The notes under the pieces are model-generated. The model was given only the letters and a program-made list of their open reading frames with translations. It did no database searches and was not told the origin of the DNA. Positions 1 through 48,654 of a stretch of 64,000 nucleotides of DNA are shown one piece after another. The first letter of the stretch is position 1; every line of letters begins with the position of its first letter. Source of the stretch: Bugula neritina (lineage: Eukaryota > Animalia > Bryozoa); assembly GCA_964035545.1 (NCBI GenBank), contig OZ037765.1, positions 20,832,995 through 20,896,994 of the forward strand, given 5' to 3'. The position numbers and the translations under genes are program-made.

Positions 1-425
1 AGGATAACTAATATTAGAATTATATTTTGTTGTTCATTATATTGCAAACAAACATTATCATTGCATTGGAAAAGTTTCCTTATCTACATTAATGGGCTGA
101 CTGCAACTGTGTGTAATCATTATCATATTGCACCAATTATAAATATTGGGAAATGGCATTACATGAGTAATATAACTTTACTCATTCTGTCATAATTCTA
201 GCTATTGTAACCTCATGTAGTTCTGGAATTTGTATCTTACAGATTAAAGTCATTTTCTAAAACCCAAGGTTAATTCATTAACCTATATCTTTGGTAAAAC
301 AAACTTTATAGTATAACTTAATTAAATCAAAATTTAAAATAAACGGATATATGAACATACAAAATAGAATATTCACACGGTTCTGATTAGTCCTGGGTAT
401 CTGCAATTTGTATTCTTTTACTTAC

Positions 426-2343
426 TAGGTTGAACACGTGAGCAAAGTAAAGGTAGATGCTTTCTAATGCTAATATTTGATCTTGTGTCTCCTCATAATA
501 GAACTTATACACTGAGTATGCGTTGAGTATTTTTATCTCAATTGTAGCATCAACAGCATCATATTCAGTCTGCCGCTTTTTTCTCCGTGCTCCATTCACT
601 ACTACTTTCTTTAGTGCTGAAATATAGAAATATTATTAATTTATCGCCATCTTTCTGATAAATGTTTACTAATGAAACTTTTTTACAGACTAACCATAAA
701 GCAAATACAAATGTTAGAAAACCAAGTTCTTAGATATTTCAATGAAATACAACCAATGTCTCATGTAACAAGCGTTTCCCCAGTACTCTTATTTTTGTAC
801 CATAAAGGTTTTTCAATATATCTTTAATTTACTTGCAAACTCTATCGAGCAAATTTTTTACTTTTGTGGGCAATAAAATATGTAATAGCTGTTTAACATC
901 GATCACTTGTTTTAAAGAATAATATACTAACTGTATAGTTTTTGAAGTAACATGAACTATTTTTAAGGTCCTGGATTTCTTTTAACAAAATTTACAATAG
1001 TCTTATTTATATGATTGTTCATTACAACATATAGTAATTTGCTAAAACCGGTTTTATTCTTCTTTTGTCAGGAGTTCAAGTTACGCATTTTTATAAAGAA
1101 TATGTTAGCATGTATTTTGATTCAACAAATACATTAAAACAAAATAAAATGAAAATTAAATAAAATACTTAACTGTTACTGGAATGGCTATATAAACCGA
1201 AGTATGAATAAATATGCAAATAAACTAGTGTAATTAATGATAAATGTGTTTTTGTAGCTGTAGTAGTTATCTTTCAACCTCACATATTTTTAGTAATCAA
1301 AAAGGTGTTGTTTACTATAATTACTATTTGTAATGTTCCAATGTGACTAAAGTATAACATTCAAATTGATATTTTACCAGTAAATATGCCTATAGCTTCA
1401 GATAATTAAAATTATCAACACATGTGTTGCTTTAATAACTTTTAAAAAATTATTGGGCCTTTTTATATTCATTTTCATGCAGTTCCAGCACATTTATTGC
1501 ATATAATTTAATATACCAGTGCTTTCTATTGTTTTTACATAAAATAAGTATTAGAAAAAAAATGCCTAAATCTATTTAAATATGTATTTAAGTTTTTATT
1601 CATTATAAAATTGTATAAGAAAACCTCTTTATTAGGTCAAAGGAATAAACTGTGTTGTATATAGTCTGTGAATCACTTTTTATAAAAAAACATGGTCAGT
1701 TACATTCTGCTAAAGAAATGACTATGTGCAGGTATACACTAATATGAACAAGACGAATGCACCGGTAAATTTTTAGCATAAATATGTACTCATGTTACAT
1801 GTTAAGCAACAAATGTTATCGAGCAAATGAGTAAAAAGTAGCTGAGAAGGAAAACTGTTATAAATAAGAGAAGAACCAATTTGTTTATCTATGTACAATG
1901 TCTTTTAAAAAATCATTGGAGGTAATAATTGCTTAATTAACTAGATGACTTCTCTTACCATTTCCATGCTGAATAGAACCACACCTATGTTGATTAGAAT
2001 GTTATATTTTTTCATGTAAGCTGATCCCTTGTCAGGCATGAACTAGTTTGACGTGCTAATAGTCATAATATTTGACACCACACATGAGATGTTGGGACAT
2101 TACATGAGCTGGGAAAGCTTTTCCTAATTGATTATAGCTTTACTTGTATTAGCATAACTATGTAAGCTACATTATGCTTTTTTACAATGATTCTGGCTAC
2201 TACAAAACAGCTAACTTTTAGACTAGTATATAAACCCAGCATTTCTGTTATTCAGAGACTTATCTTTTCACTTGCAACTTATAACTTAATACTCAACACA
2301 AATATAACTATATTCCTTGCCTCTTTTATTTCAGTCTGTGACA

Positions 2344-2407
<64 letters not shown>

Positions 2408-5400
2408 GTTAAAACACAACATGGGAACTCGCTAGTTTCCAAAACTATCCTCAGTAACAGCTTAGGTTAATGAAATGCATATAAACATATCTAACAGAGT
2501 CCATTAGATATGTTTATTCAATCAAAATAATATATAGTCTATTAAATAGGCTATAGCCTCTATATTCTGATTGAATGTTTACACACCACACAAATACAAC
2601 CCACATGCATGTTTGCATGACAACATAAATCTAAGTTCAACTTTTTTTATTGATACATGTATGTGTTATAATTTCTGCTTTTTATCTGATAGAAAATTGT
2701 TCTTGACCAGGAAGGCAGTAATACACTAACTGTAAGCTTAAAGGATTGCTTTATCTTAGTTTATTACAATCACATTATAATTATGAACTATAATCTAATG
2801 TGTATGCAAACAATTGTGACTTTGCAAAGGGATAGATGCCTAGAAAACAGCTTTTCAAAATTCCAATTTTGAGGGAGGTAAAATTTTCAGCCATGAAAAA
2901 GAATAGCCTAATACGTGACGTGTGAACGCCAGTAACTATGCTGCACGTGCTAACTATAACGCTAGTATTCAAGGTTGCTGAGCGCAACATCAACCAATAA
3001 CGCTCAAGCAGTTACAGTGCGCTATATAGGTCAGCTTTGGTGCGCCCGTAATATTGCACAATCTGACCGAGTTTAGAATGCATGTTTTTGCAATGCTTTT
3101 TTCTATGCTTACAAGCAAAATATGGCCTAATGTTATCACATACATGTTATTTAAAATGTCAAAAAACTATAGATTGAGATAATTCACATTTGCACTTCTA
3201 TAAATATACAAATTACGAGCTGAAAGATCACATCTCACAGTCATATTTCTATAGTTATTCATTTGTATAGTCACGTGACCAGCAGGAATGCTGGCGCTGT
3301 TACGTCACAGTTCCCAGCTCATTTCAAAATCAGCGTTTTGGCTGTTACCAATCTACACCCTCAACTTCAACTAACTTTTTCTACCTTTGGTCAAATGCTT
3401 TTTGCCAATGCATGCTTAGAAAAACACAATATTATGTGTGTTTGACCTAAATGGCCATTTATTAGACAAGATAGAGCAACCCTTTAAGCTCATAAGATTT
3501 TCTGTTAATTAGATAAGCCCCACATGTCTTTGTGTTCGTGAGAGAGAGATTCGATGAACACTGTCATAACCCAGATAATGCATACAATTGCATTTCTATA
3601 ACTGTTACTGTGCCATTGGTATTTATTAGTAGTAATATTGGTATTAGTGTATTATGTGTAGCTTCGAAGACGTAGACTCAAACTAAACTATTTGAGGATC
3701 AATTTAATGTTTTGTATCGCTTTAGCATTCTAAAAATCATTAAGAATATCTTTGCTAATTTGTCCTATAATAATAATAGTGCCTAGAAATCGAAAATTTA
3801 ACAGAATCCTTTTTCTTTCACCTGGTGCTGCAACTCATAGAGGTCCTAAAGCCTATACTAGAAACCTGCGGGTGTAAACAAAAGCTAAATTTTCTTAGCT
3901 TTAACTTTGAAAGATTAAAGAATCACGTATAAAATATCTTAAATAACAGCACTTTTTACACATATGATTAATTGTTTAAAAAATGTGAGAAAAAAGTTCT
4001 TATAATAATATCTTACCAGTATTTAAATCAACTGACTCATCGATAGACTTGACACTTCTTTTCAATACGTGTTTTGAAGCTGGTCCGTTTGTTTTTATTA
4101 AATGAAAGTTCACATCGTCTTTTGAGAATCTTCCTTTCTGCAACAATGTAATGAAAGGCTGTCTATGACATCTTGAATCTAAAAGATTTGCATGACACAC
4201 ACACACATATACACACATATACACACATATACACACATATACACACATATACACACATATACATGATATTATTTATACACTAGCCAAAATTGCTACACTG
4301 ATTTATGTACAAAACATGCACACATAATTAATATGTTTTATCAAAATTATTTGCACTAATGTGCCCACAATACAATACTCGTGTATCAAATAATTTTACG
4401 TCTCTTTTTCCTTAATAATAAGAATAATTATGTCATTATTTGCCTAGTTTTTGTATGCTTCAGGATTTGAATAGTTCAAGAATCAAGCTTCAACTTACCA
4501 TTCCTTTGTCATCATTTTCTTTAGAAACCATGAATGTTGCTTTTGTTTTACTGTCAAAGTACATTCTGCTTTTCTACAAAACAAATAGCTTAAAAATAAA
4601 CAATTGATTCACAGAAATCTGTGAATGTGATAAATAACCATCTTAAAGTAATTTTTGAACTTCCTTTAATTGGGAGAATGATCATGCTGTATAGAATATA
4701 ATATACTTAAGTCAAAGACTCCGTGCAACAAGTGAGTCGAGTAACAACTAAGCTATAAAATTGTTGTACTATAGTTACCGAAATGTTCTCCATAATTTCA
4801 AGATTTTCCTTTGTTGCACCCAAAAGTTTCAAGTTAATAGGTGGCTGTTCTTCACCCTCAAAATTAAGGTCCCCATCTGATGCACTTAGTTTAATTATTC
4901 TTTTAGCCCCATTTTGCCTGTGCTCAACATTGACAACCTCCTCAAGGACTGGTGTCGCTTGAGTTGAAGGTCCATATGTCTTGGTAGATGATTCTGGCAC
5001 AGTAGAAAACTTTGCATTCTTAGACTGGTGTGATTGTTTATAGCCAGGCAAGTCTTGCAGCTCCAGTGGGTCTCTATATACTCGGTTTCCATTTGTCTCT
5101 TTTATAGTCAGTTGTGAGCCTACATGGTCCGCAATGAATGTATTTTGAGACATTTTATAGCTTGAGAGTTTGTCATGAGAAGAAGGAGGCCTTCGGTATT
5201 GCCCATATTTATCATTATGTTGTGCATGTCTTTGATAATAGTTTAGATTAAACTTCTGAAAGCTTTGTGAAGACCAATTTTGATCTGGCTTCTAAAGAGA
5301 GAAATAGCTTATTAGCTCGATTCATATTTTTACATTTATTATTTTGAGCAATCAAGAATGTGAGACAGTTGAGTTTGATTAAACAGAAGCTACATTTGAT

Positions 5401-5919
5401 CATTATTGCCATAGCACTAATCTACTTCATGCTGTACCCTAATTTTATCAAATATTTTGGACTTTACAGTTACAGCAATATAATATAATATTATATATAA
5501 TATAATTAAATTTTGGGCATTGCAGTGAGGCATATCAAGACATACTGCATCATTCTTAGTAAAATAATATTATATAAACTGGACAAAGCTCTTAAGTAAT
5601 AAACACATTGCATAATATGTTTGTAGCATATCTATATAAGATCAAATGCACTTATATGCAACTAAAAAGCAGTGTATTGAGACTCACAGTGTTCTGTTGC
5701 TGGCAGTCACTCAGGATCAAAACTGTAAATAATCAGAGTAAAAATGTAAAGTAAACAAATTTTTTCCATTTGAAATTGATTTACAAAAACACTAGTATGC
5801 ATTTGAATAGAATTTGTCACAAAGCATTTTATATGAAGAAGTACAACCCACGTATATGCATAATTATGATGAATGAAATTCTTACCTGATAGAATAATCA
5901 TTAACTTTAGAGGTGACAT
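426..5919 (-). CDS. Gene B: tandem paralog of gene A, exons 1-6 (signal peptide, prodomain, start of M12B); continues beyond the left edge
   Basis: Exons 5886-5919, 5688-5722, 4779-5291, 4499-4573, 4017-4137, 426-616 have the same lengths and phases as gene A exons 1-6 (exon 6 is one codon shorter), no stops, and RRKKR retained; introns also align with 39.5-46.7 kb. Confidence 0.88.
2742..3483. mobile_element. Non-autonomous DNA transposon, Kolobok-like
   Basis: TTAA on both sides (2738-41, 3484-87); TIRs AGGATTGCTTTATCTT / AGGGTTGCTCTATCTT; absent from the paralogous intron of gene A (~41970). Confidence 0.7.
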
Positions 5920-7057
5920 ATTGTTGGTGTTAGGAACACCAGTTAAATGATCTTATGCATTCTCTAGTGTGGTTATAACAGATGGGCGTAGCTGAAATTC
6001 TTTTCTTTGTAAAAAATCTATAGCATAACGACTTTTGTTCTCCTTATATATTATAGAATTGACTGGATACACGTTGATGAATAGGTAAAAGTTTTATTGT
6101 AGAATAGTTATACAAGCGTCTATTCATTCTTGCATAAGCATTATAGAAAATCTATACAATAAAAAGTTTGAATGAAAACATGTGCTTTTATATAGCCTTA
6201 GCTAACTACAACTGCATGACTAAAATAATGCATGCACTACTAAGTTATGCAGTACGGAGCTATAAGACTTATTTGCTTAAACCACAATCTTCAGAACACC
6301 TTAAATATTTCAGTGTACATTATTAACATGATTACAATATTGCAAATCAATTTTGTTTCACCATTAAAAAGTTAAGTTTTTTTAGGCTTTTCAATTTGCA
6401 ACAGAATGAATTTGCATTTTACATTAAATGCTGCATACTCAAGCTTCCCTGCACGGTCTATAATTCCATAATTCTGCACCACTCTATGCCTAAAAATATA
6501 TGCATCGTAAATTGCCTGATGCAGGCGGAAATACATACACACACATGCACATAGAAATTTTATAAAATGAACCATTCGGTCATACCAAAAATCATCATTT
6601 TATTTAGACGTCAATGAATGCATTAAAAAGACATATGCTCTGAAATATTTTGTGACTTTATAACCAATTCCAAAATAAAAAGGAAAGTTGGTGACTTTGT
6701 TGTACAGCATGCTAATGCTCACTATATAAGAACTCTGTTAGTTTTATATTTAGGAGAGACATTTGACTTGCTTAAATACAACAGGAACAAGTTTCACTTT
6801 GATGATGATTGCAAAGTATGGTTACAAGACAATAACAGTTTGCTTAATTATCTTAACTGGAATTATTCTAGAAGAATGGTTGTCATAGAGTTTACGGTTA
6901 TTGCTGAACAGTTGCTAACTATATAATGGCTTTGCTTAATTTAATACTGCGCTATATACATAGTATTTAGTATGTACTTCAATATTTTGTCTGCAAACAT
7001 ACTATAATATATTGAGCTACATTTTTTATCTATATGTTATTTTGACGTTTATTCTAG

Positions 7058-9228
7058 GAAACGAGCTACATTCTTCACAAAGAGTACTTTTCAAGACTTC
7101 CAGGGTTTCCTAAATATGATGAGGATAATGATTTTCAAATAGGAATCTACGTGAAGGTACCGGATGTTGGCTATCTCAGCAGTGCAAATCTACAGCAAAC
7201 TCTAGAAGATGCACAGAGTGACGTTGAGTCTGCTACATGTATTTGATATGTATGCATTTGAAATGTAAGTTTTATGGAGGGTATTTGTTTTTATATAAAG
7301 TTGTAAGGCTCACTTTCATAGCCATGCAAGCATTTTTTTACCACATTTATTATTACCTGGTTAATAATTTATGGGATTTGATACTTGAAAACATTATTTT
7401 TACAAGAGACAAGCTTTTGAACTCATACACTAGAGTTGTGCTATCTCAAAAAACAGTATGGTCGGAAACCTATGGATACAATATGCTACATATAGATAAT
7501 AATTAAGCAAAAATGTGATACTAGTGGTTTTGCCACTCAACAAATAAGTTCCCTAGAGCTTGATGTTTTATTTAAGTCTGAGAATTCATAAAACTAGTAG
7601 TAACTATCATATATATGTAACTAGTCTTGAAAACATGCCAACATTTTTGACAAAAAATATAATATTCACTCGTTGATCAAAATTTCAATGTTTTAGGATG
7701 AATATTAAAAGAGATTTGCTGTAAATTATGTTTGAGTAGAGTGCTTAATATTTTAGTCATTTTGCAAACTTAAAAACTTGGTGGTATTGTCTATTATTAA
7801 GATATCGTTTATTTTGTTCATATTTTTGCTCATAAAATGTAAAAAAAAGTTATCAATAATATACAGTTAGCTGAAATCTATCAAACGTTTTGTTCTTGTC
7901 AAATGTTTAAAAACTTACAAATAGAAATATTATCATTTAATCTGCAGCATGCAACAGATATTACGGAAGGGATGTTATTTGAAGGGGATTTACTTTATGC
8001 TTGTAAGGCAAAGAATATAATTGATAAAGTAATAAATAAATGATAAAAGGGTTTAACTATATTCTAGCTGAAATTAACAGAGAAATTCATCACAAAACGC
8101 TAATTTCTTTGAGTAGCTTTTACTTGCAAGACAACTTGGTGAAACTTTCAACTTGACCAAAGTGCTTGACAATTGTGAATCCAGAGTTTATTTCACTACT
8201 TTAATCAATGCGCGACTAGTTTACCATAATATACTAACCTCTTTCCCAGACAAAGCTGTTAATATTAAACATAAAACGCCCCAAGCACATAATAATATCC
8301 ATATATTATTTTATCTTATTTATGAGATACCTTGGGGTTATAGTAGATCAGAATTTGAGATTTCATGAGCAGAGTAAAATCAGTGATTACAACAGTATCA
8401 AAAATATAGCATACTATGAAGAATTTTTTATATTTTGGCTCTAAACCTCTAGCAAATATATTATTCAAAGGTTTCATCATGTCCCTCATCTCCTATTGTC
8501 TATCTATCAATTTTACTTGTATTTATGCTGGTGATAAAAAGGCTATCAGAAAGATTTTCAACGGCTGCTCTAAACTTAAGGTATTGAGTATCATGACATA
8601 GATTTGTTTATTCAGAAACTAACTAAAGCACTTGCCATCAAATATTTAGTAGACGATGACCATCTTATCAATGAGTTTCTGAGTCAAGCCCTTCGGGACA
8701 ATATAGAACTATCAAATATAGAGGAGCCTGGAGCAAAGATAACTTTTTATGACACCTTGGAAATACTTTGAATGATTTTTTATTTTAAATATTTCCAGCA
8801 GAGTTCTGACTTTTTTTTCCAAATTTGTTCATTACTACGTATTATAGCCAGTATTTTGCAACATGTTTTTATGTCTGATATGTAATAGATCAATCAAATT
8901 GTTCAAAAGCCCCTTCAATATTTAAACTGACGATTTTATGTAAAAATGGCACAGGTAAAAACTACACAGTAAACATGGCGCAAATGGAAAAGTAGGTAAA
9001 AACGGTGTCTTTAATTTGTGTGTTACAGGATTCAAAGTATCAATCCATCATTCACTACTCTGTTTGAATCTATTACCCACGTGGACTGACACCTCAGTCA
9101 TCTACTGCAGAACCAGTCAACAAAGCTTCCAATAAATATTTGCCAATCTACATTGGAGCAACAGTTAACGCTCTGGTCATTGGTGTAGTTATTGGTGTAA
9201 TTATCTGCTGCTTGACTTCAAAATTTAA
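7058..9228 (+). pseudogene. Inverted pseudogenic fragment of a gene A-family member (stalk exon + TM exon)
   Basis: 7058-7238 encodes KEYFSRLPGFPKYDEDNDFQIGIYVKVPDVGYLS, near-identical to gene A exon 26; 9029-9228 holds a TM-like YLPIYIGATVNALVIGVVIGVIICC. There are frameshifts and an in-frame TGA. Confidence 0.65.
8290..8780 (+). mobile_element. Degenerate 3' end of a non-LTR retrotransposon ORF2 (Rex1/L2-like)
   Basis: LFKGFIMSLISYC...DKKAIRKI...CSKL, then DDDHLINEFLSQ..GQYRTIK resembles the post-RT C-terminus of Rex1/L2-type LINEs; frameshifted. Confidence 0.5.
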
Positions 9229-9755
9229 GTAAACACTAGCAAGGAATAATTTATGTATGACTTTGTTATACAAAGGAATGCACTATGTGTGACAGCATTG
9301 CAGTGTTCTATTTTTTGTCTTGAAAAAGAAAAAAAATCGACTCACGCACCCTAGAACCCACGAGTGAATAAATATACATTTTGAACGCCTATATATATAT
9401 ATATATATATTTTGTTGCAATTTTTACTCTTGTGGGTTTCAGTGTATAATAAATTAGTGCATTGCTTGCAATCCAATCAATCTCACAATTGTAGTTTCAG
9501 ATAATAAAGAAGTAATTTTACACAAATAGGTACACAGATAAAACTCTACATCTACTCAGATATTCTACAGTAATTTAATACAGTGTTTCTAGCTCGCCTG
9601 TCTACTAACAACTGTTGTACCACGCGGAAAGCCACAGTCCTAATAATAACTGACGATTCCTATTGGAGGGTCATCTTCCTACACACGCAATGACCCCATA
9701 TTACAGTTAGAAGGGAATTAGTGCTTTCCCCTTTTCAATTATGATAGTAGTCCAT

Positions 9756-9872
<117 letters not shown>

Positions 9873-11346
9873 CATATACATATATGTACAGACGTTCAAA
9901 ATGTCTATTTTTTCAAGATATAAGCAGATGCAGTTTGATAAATAAGGCTAACAATGACTTGGTTAAAAACCTACTTTATATTTATAAGTCAAGAGTTCTA
10001 CAGAATATAACATCCGGCAATCAAAAACAGTTTTACCCATAATTATTAGCATAGAAAAGATCCAAAAATATTAGGGTATACAGCCTGTTACTTTTAATTA
10101 TAGAAACATTATATAATAAATAAATTATCACAAATTTATAATATCACAGAAACACAATGATGTAGCTAGTCTTACATTAACTAAACTAATCATTTCAATT
10201 AGTAAAAAGAGTTATGAAAATGAAATTAGTTGTCATCAGTCAAAATAACCTTGTGTGCATTCAGGTAGACACTGCTATAGGTTGCATGTTTCGGTTTCTC
10301 TAGGCAAATGATTCTCAATACTATCTTCTTGGATGTTGGTAGTTCCTAAAAGTACACATATGCAGTTCTGTTATTTGTTTAAAATAATGAGACTTGATTT
10401 AGAAACCTAATTCAATTTTAAAATGCAGTTACTTCAAGTGTGCTGTCTCAGCTTGTCAAATATAACATAATAGTAACCTGCTCAAATGTGATAATATTGA
10501 ACAGTTATTGCTAGCTTATACTTAGAAAATGCACTGACTTGTTATTAGCTTGAAACGCTTTGAAAAACCTCAAACTAAGGCTTTCAAATTGTATGCTTCT
10601 TGTCACTAAACTGCTGAAATAATCCGCTGTTACCTCTTTTACTAAATACATTCGACACGCTTAGAATTATCTTTTGTGGTAATAAGCTACACTGAGTGAG
10701 AATATGAAGCTATTTTTTCAAGAGAAGTAAAAGTAGTCCAGTGGTATTTATAAACTGTGTCATCACTATTTCGAAGGTTTGGATAAATAATGTTTTGTGA
10801 GTCGGCAAGCAATTTATTACCTATATTATTTCTTAAAGGTTGATATGGTAATATAGTGTTGGAAATTGTCTAAAAAACCCATTTCAACCCATATCACCCT
10901 GTAACAGCTACATATAAACAGTTGTATGTAAAGTGGTCTAAAATCTAAACAATTAGTTTACTTTATCTGCCTTGTCTTATGTCATAGAATAACTATAGGA
11001 ATGTGATAGACACCTTTCAGGAGTAATTACAAGTTGATGTTGCCAATTAATCTTCAATGAATATTTCATAAAGTAAATGTAGCGTATTCTATTTAAATAG
11101 TATCTGTTGCATCATATTACTTGTGTTGATAATCTTTTTTCTAAATTCACCAAACTTGATGTACCAATTAAGCAGGGGTTGTAAAATTGAAATTCCCCCT
11201 CGATCCAGTAGCAAGGTTAACATATCATCTTACATTTAAATTAAAACAGATTTTAAAAAAATAAACAGCCTTGCACTATACACTAGGATTCAAGCTCCAC
11301 AGCGAAAAATAATTGTATAAATATGTTCCAGCATGACTGGCGCATG

Positions 11347-11352
11347 TTTATT
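11347..11352 (-). terminator. Candidate polyadenylation signal of gene A
   Basis: AATAAA on the minus strand ~90 nt after the stop codon; weak evidence in AT-rich DNA. Confidence 0.3.
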
Positions 11353-11442
11353 TTGGTATGTTCAGGTCATATATAGAATGATACAGCAATTGTATAGCTC
11401 TTAAATTTTCCTTTTGACATTGCCAGCTCTTTTGCCATTTAG

Positions 11443-45864
<34,422 letters not shown>

Positions 45865-45886
45865 ATTGGTGGTGGGAACACCAGTT

Positions 45887-45922
45887 AAATGAGCTTATGC
45901 ATTCTCTAGTGTGGTTATATAA
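45887..45922 (-). promoter_or_regulatory. Candidate core promoter of gene A (TATA + initiator)
   Basis: Minus strand TATATAA about 30 nt upstream of TCATTT (Inr-like), just upstream of ATG 45864; the block is conserved in gene B (~5945-5980). Confidence 0.45.
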
Positions 45923-46329
45923 CAGATGGGCGTAGCTGAAACTTTTTTCTTTGTAGAGAATCTAACATAACGGCTTTTGTTCTCCTTTTCAACACAATTA
46001 TGGAATTGACTGGATACGCATTGATGAATAAGTCATAGCATTATTGTAGAATAGTTTGCCAGGATTTGCAAGTGGTCATTCTAGCATATATATGGGCGAT
46101 TATTTACAATAAAATAAAATGAGTACATTATAAAATGCATATGAATGAAAACATGTGTCTTCATCAATCCTTAGCTAACTGTAACTTTCTCTCACTTCAC
46201 CTATTTCCGCTCTGTTTTGTTCGGGTAGTCTAAACTCACACAAGTTTATAGTCAATATCCCAGTGAGAAACCCTTGATAAAAAAGGTGTTTTTAAAGTGC
46301 ACTAAGGACATATTCATATGTGGCACAGG

Positions 46330-46443
46330 AGCAATTGTGACTGGGCGCTCTTCCTAACATCACCAATGGCCTTACTGGGGTTCAAACCCATGACTTCATG
46401 TTTACTAAGCAAGCGCTCTGGGCCCTAGACCACGGCTGCTCCC
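46330..46443 (-). mobile_element. tRNA-derived SINE fragment
   Basis: Minus strand GGGAGCAGCCGTGGTCTAGGG...GGGTTTGAACCCC (A/B-box-like); absent from the paralog B upstream region. Confidence 0.5.
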
Positions 46444-46724
46444 GTCTTAGCTAACCATAACTGCATGATGCTAATCAAACATGTATTATTATGTTACACA
46501 GTATAGGGCTATAAAATTTATTTTCTTAGACCACAATCTTGAGAACACCTTAAATGTTTCAGTGTGCATTATTTATATGATAAGAATATTGCAAATAATT
46601 TTTGTTTCAATATAAAAAAATCATGATGTAAGCTTTTCAATTTGAAACAAAAGGAAATTTACACTCTACATCGAACACTGATGTATGCTTAGGTTTTAAC
46701 TTGTGCGGTCTATAATCTGCACCA

Positions 46725-47286
<562 letters not shown>

Positions 47287-47298
47287 TTCTTTTTTTTT

Positions 47299-47598
<300 letters not shown>

Positions 47599-47694
47599 AA
47601 ATGAGTGTTTATAAAACGTTACTAGAGTGCTCTATAGAAATAAATCTAGAGCATAAACATTAGAAGAAATAAAATGAGATTTGATTAATTTAAT

Positions 47695-47757
47695 GGCATT
47701 TATTACTAGTAGTTTCGTACACAAAAAACCGATGTGCACTCGTCAGATAAATTTGCC
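47695..47757 (-). ncRNA. Type-I hammerhead ribozyme motif (family B)
   Basis: Reverse complement has ATTTAT-CTGACGA-GTGCACA/TGTGTAC-GAAA-CTACTAG-TA^ATAAAT. Confidence 0.8.
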
Positions 47758-48124
47758 ACTATGATTGCTTACAACTTGTTATAGTGGCACGCTGAGAGTT
47801 TAGCTAATGACAATAGCCTATCAGATACGTGAGCTATCGTGTTACTAAGAGTTGCCCTACCAGCCACCGTATAGCCGAGATAGCAACAAGCTAAGGCAGA
47901 TAAAACCCAGACAAACAGAGTGAATGGTCTCTTTCATCTGGCAGCTTTACCACTGGTAAGACATACTATTACGTTGTGGTAATCTAACATGGCGCAGTCA
48001 GCATTTTAACGAACCTGCCAGTGAGAAACTCTTTCTGTCCTTACAACTATAGATGATAGATAAGTACTTTCTTCAATTTATCATTATCAGTTGCAAGTGT
48101 TTTGAATATAATATAATAATATAA

Positions 48125-48446
48125 GTGTAGTGTAGTGTAGTGCAGTGCAGTGCAGTGCAGTGCAGTGCAGTGCAGTGCAGTGCAGTGCAGCGCAGTGCAG
48201 CGCAGTGCAGCGCAGCGCAGGCAGCGCAGCGCAGCGCAGCGCAGCGCAGCGCAGCGCAGCGCAGTGCAGTGCAGTGCAGTGGAGTTGAGTGTAGTGGAGT
48301 GTAGTGCAGTGTTACTGTTGGTGCAGTGTTACTGTTGGTGCAGTGTTACTGGTGGTGCAGTGTTACTGGTGGTGCAGTGTTACTGTTGGTGCAGTGTTAT
48401 TGTTGGTGCAGTGTTATTGTTAGTGTAGTGTTATTGTTAGTGTAGT
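48125..48446 (+). repeat. Pentamer array (GTGTA/GTGCA/GCGCA) and 17-bp array (GTGCAGTGTTACTGTTG) in the element 2 leader
   Basis: Direct reading. Confidence 0.9.
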
Positions 48447-48654
48447 CTAATGAGTGATAATCGTAATTTGATATCGTGATTCACAGCTGGCAACTGTGAT
48501 ACTACAGTCATTTACAACAAGTGACCGAAACAGTGATACTCAGTGTTTAAGATATTTTGTGATTGTCATCTTGACATAACACACGAGTAAATCAAGGCTC
48601 CAAGCTAGTACAAGTAGTAACCTTTGTAGCACAGGGAATTGTAGCAACAAAGTC

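Noticed and set aside
48305-48446. 17-bp repeats (and the 26-bp repeats at 41629) as CRISPR arrays
   Set aside because: Head-to-tail with no unique spacers, eukaryotic context, no cas genes.
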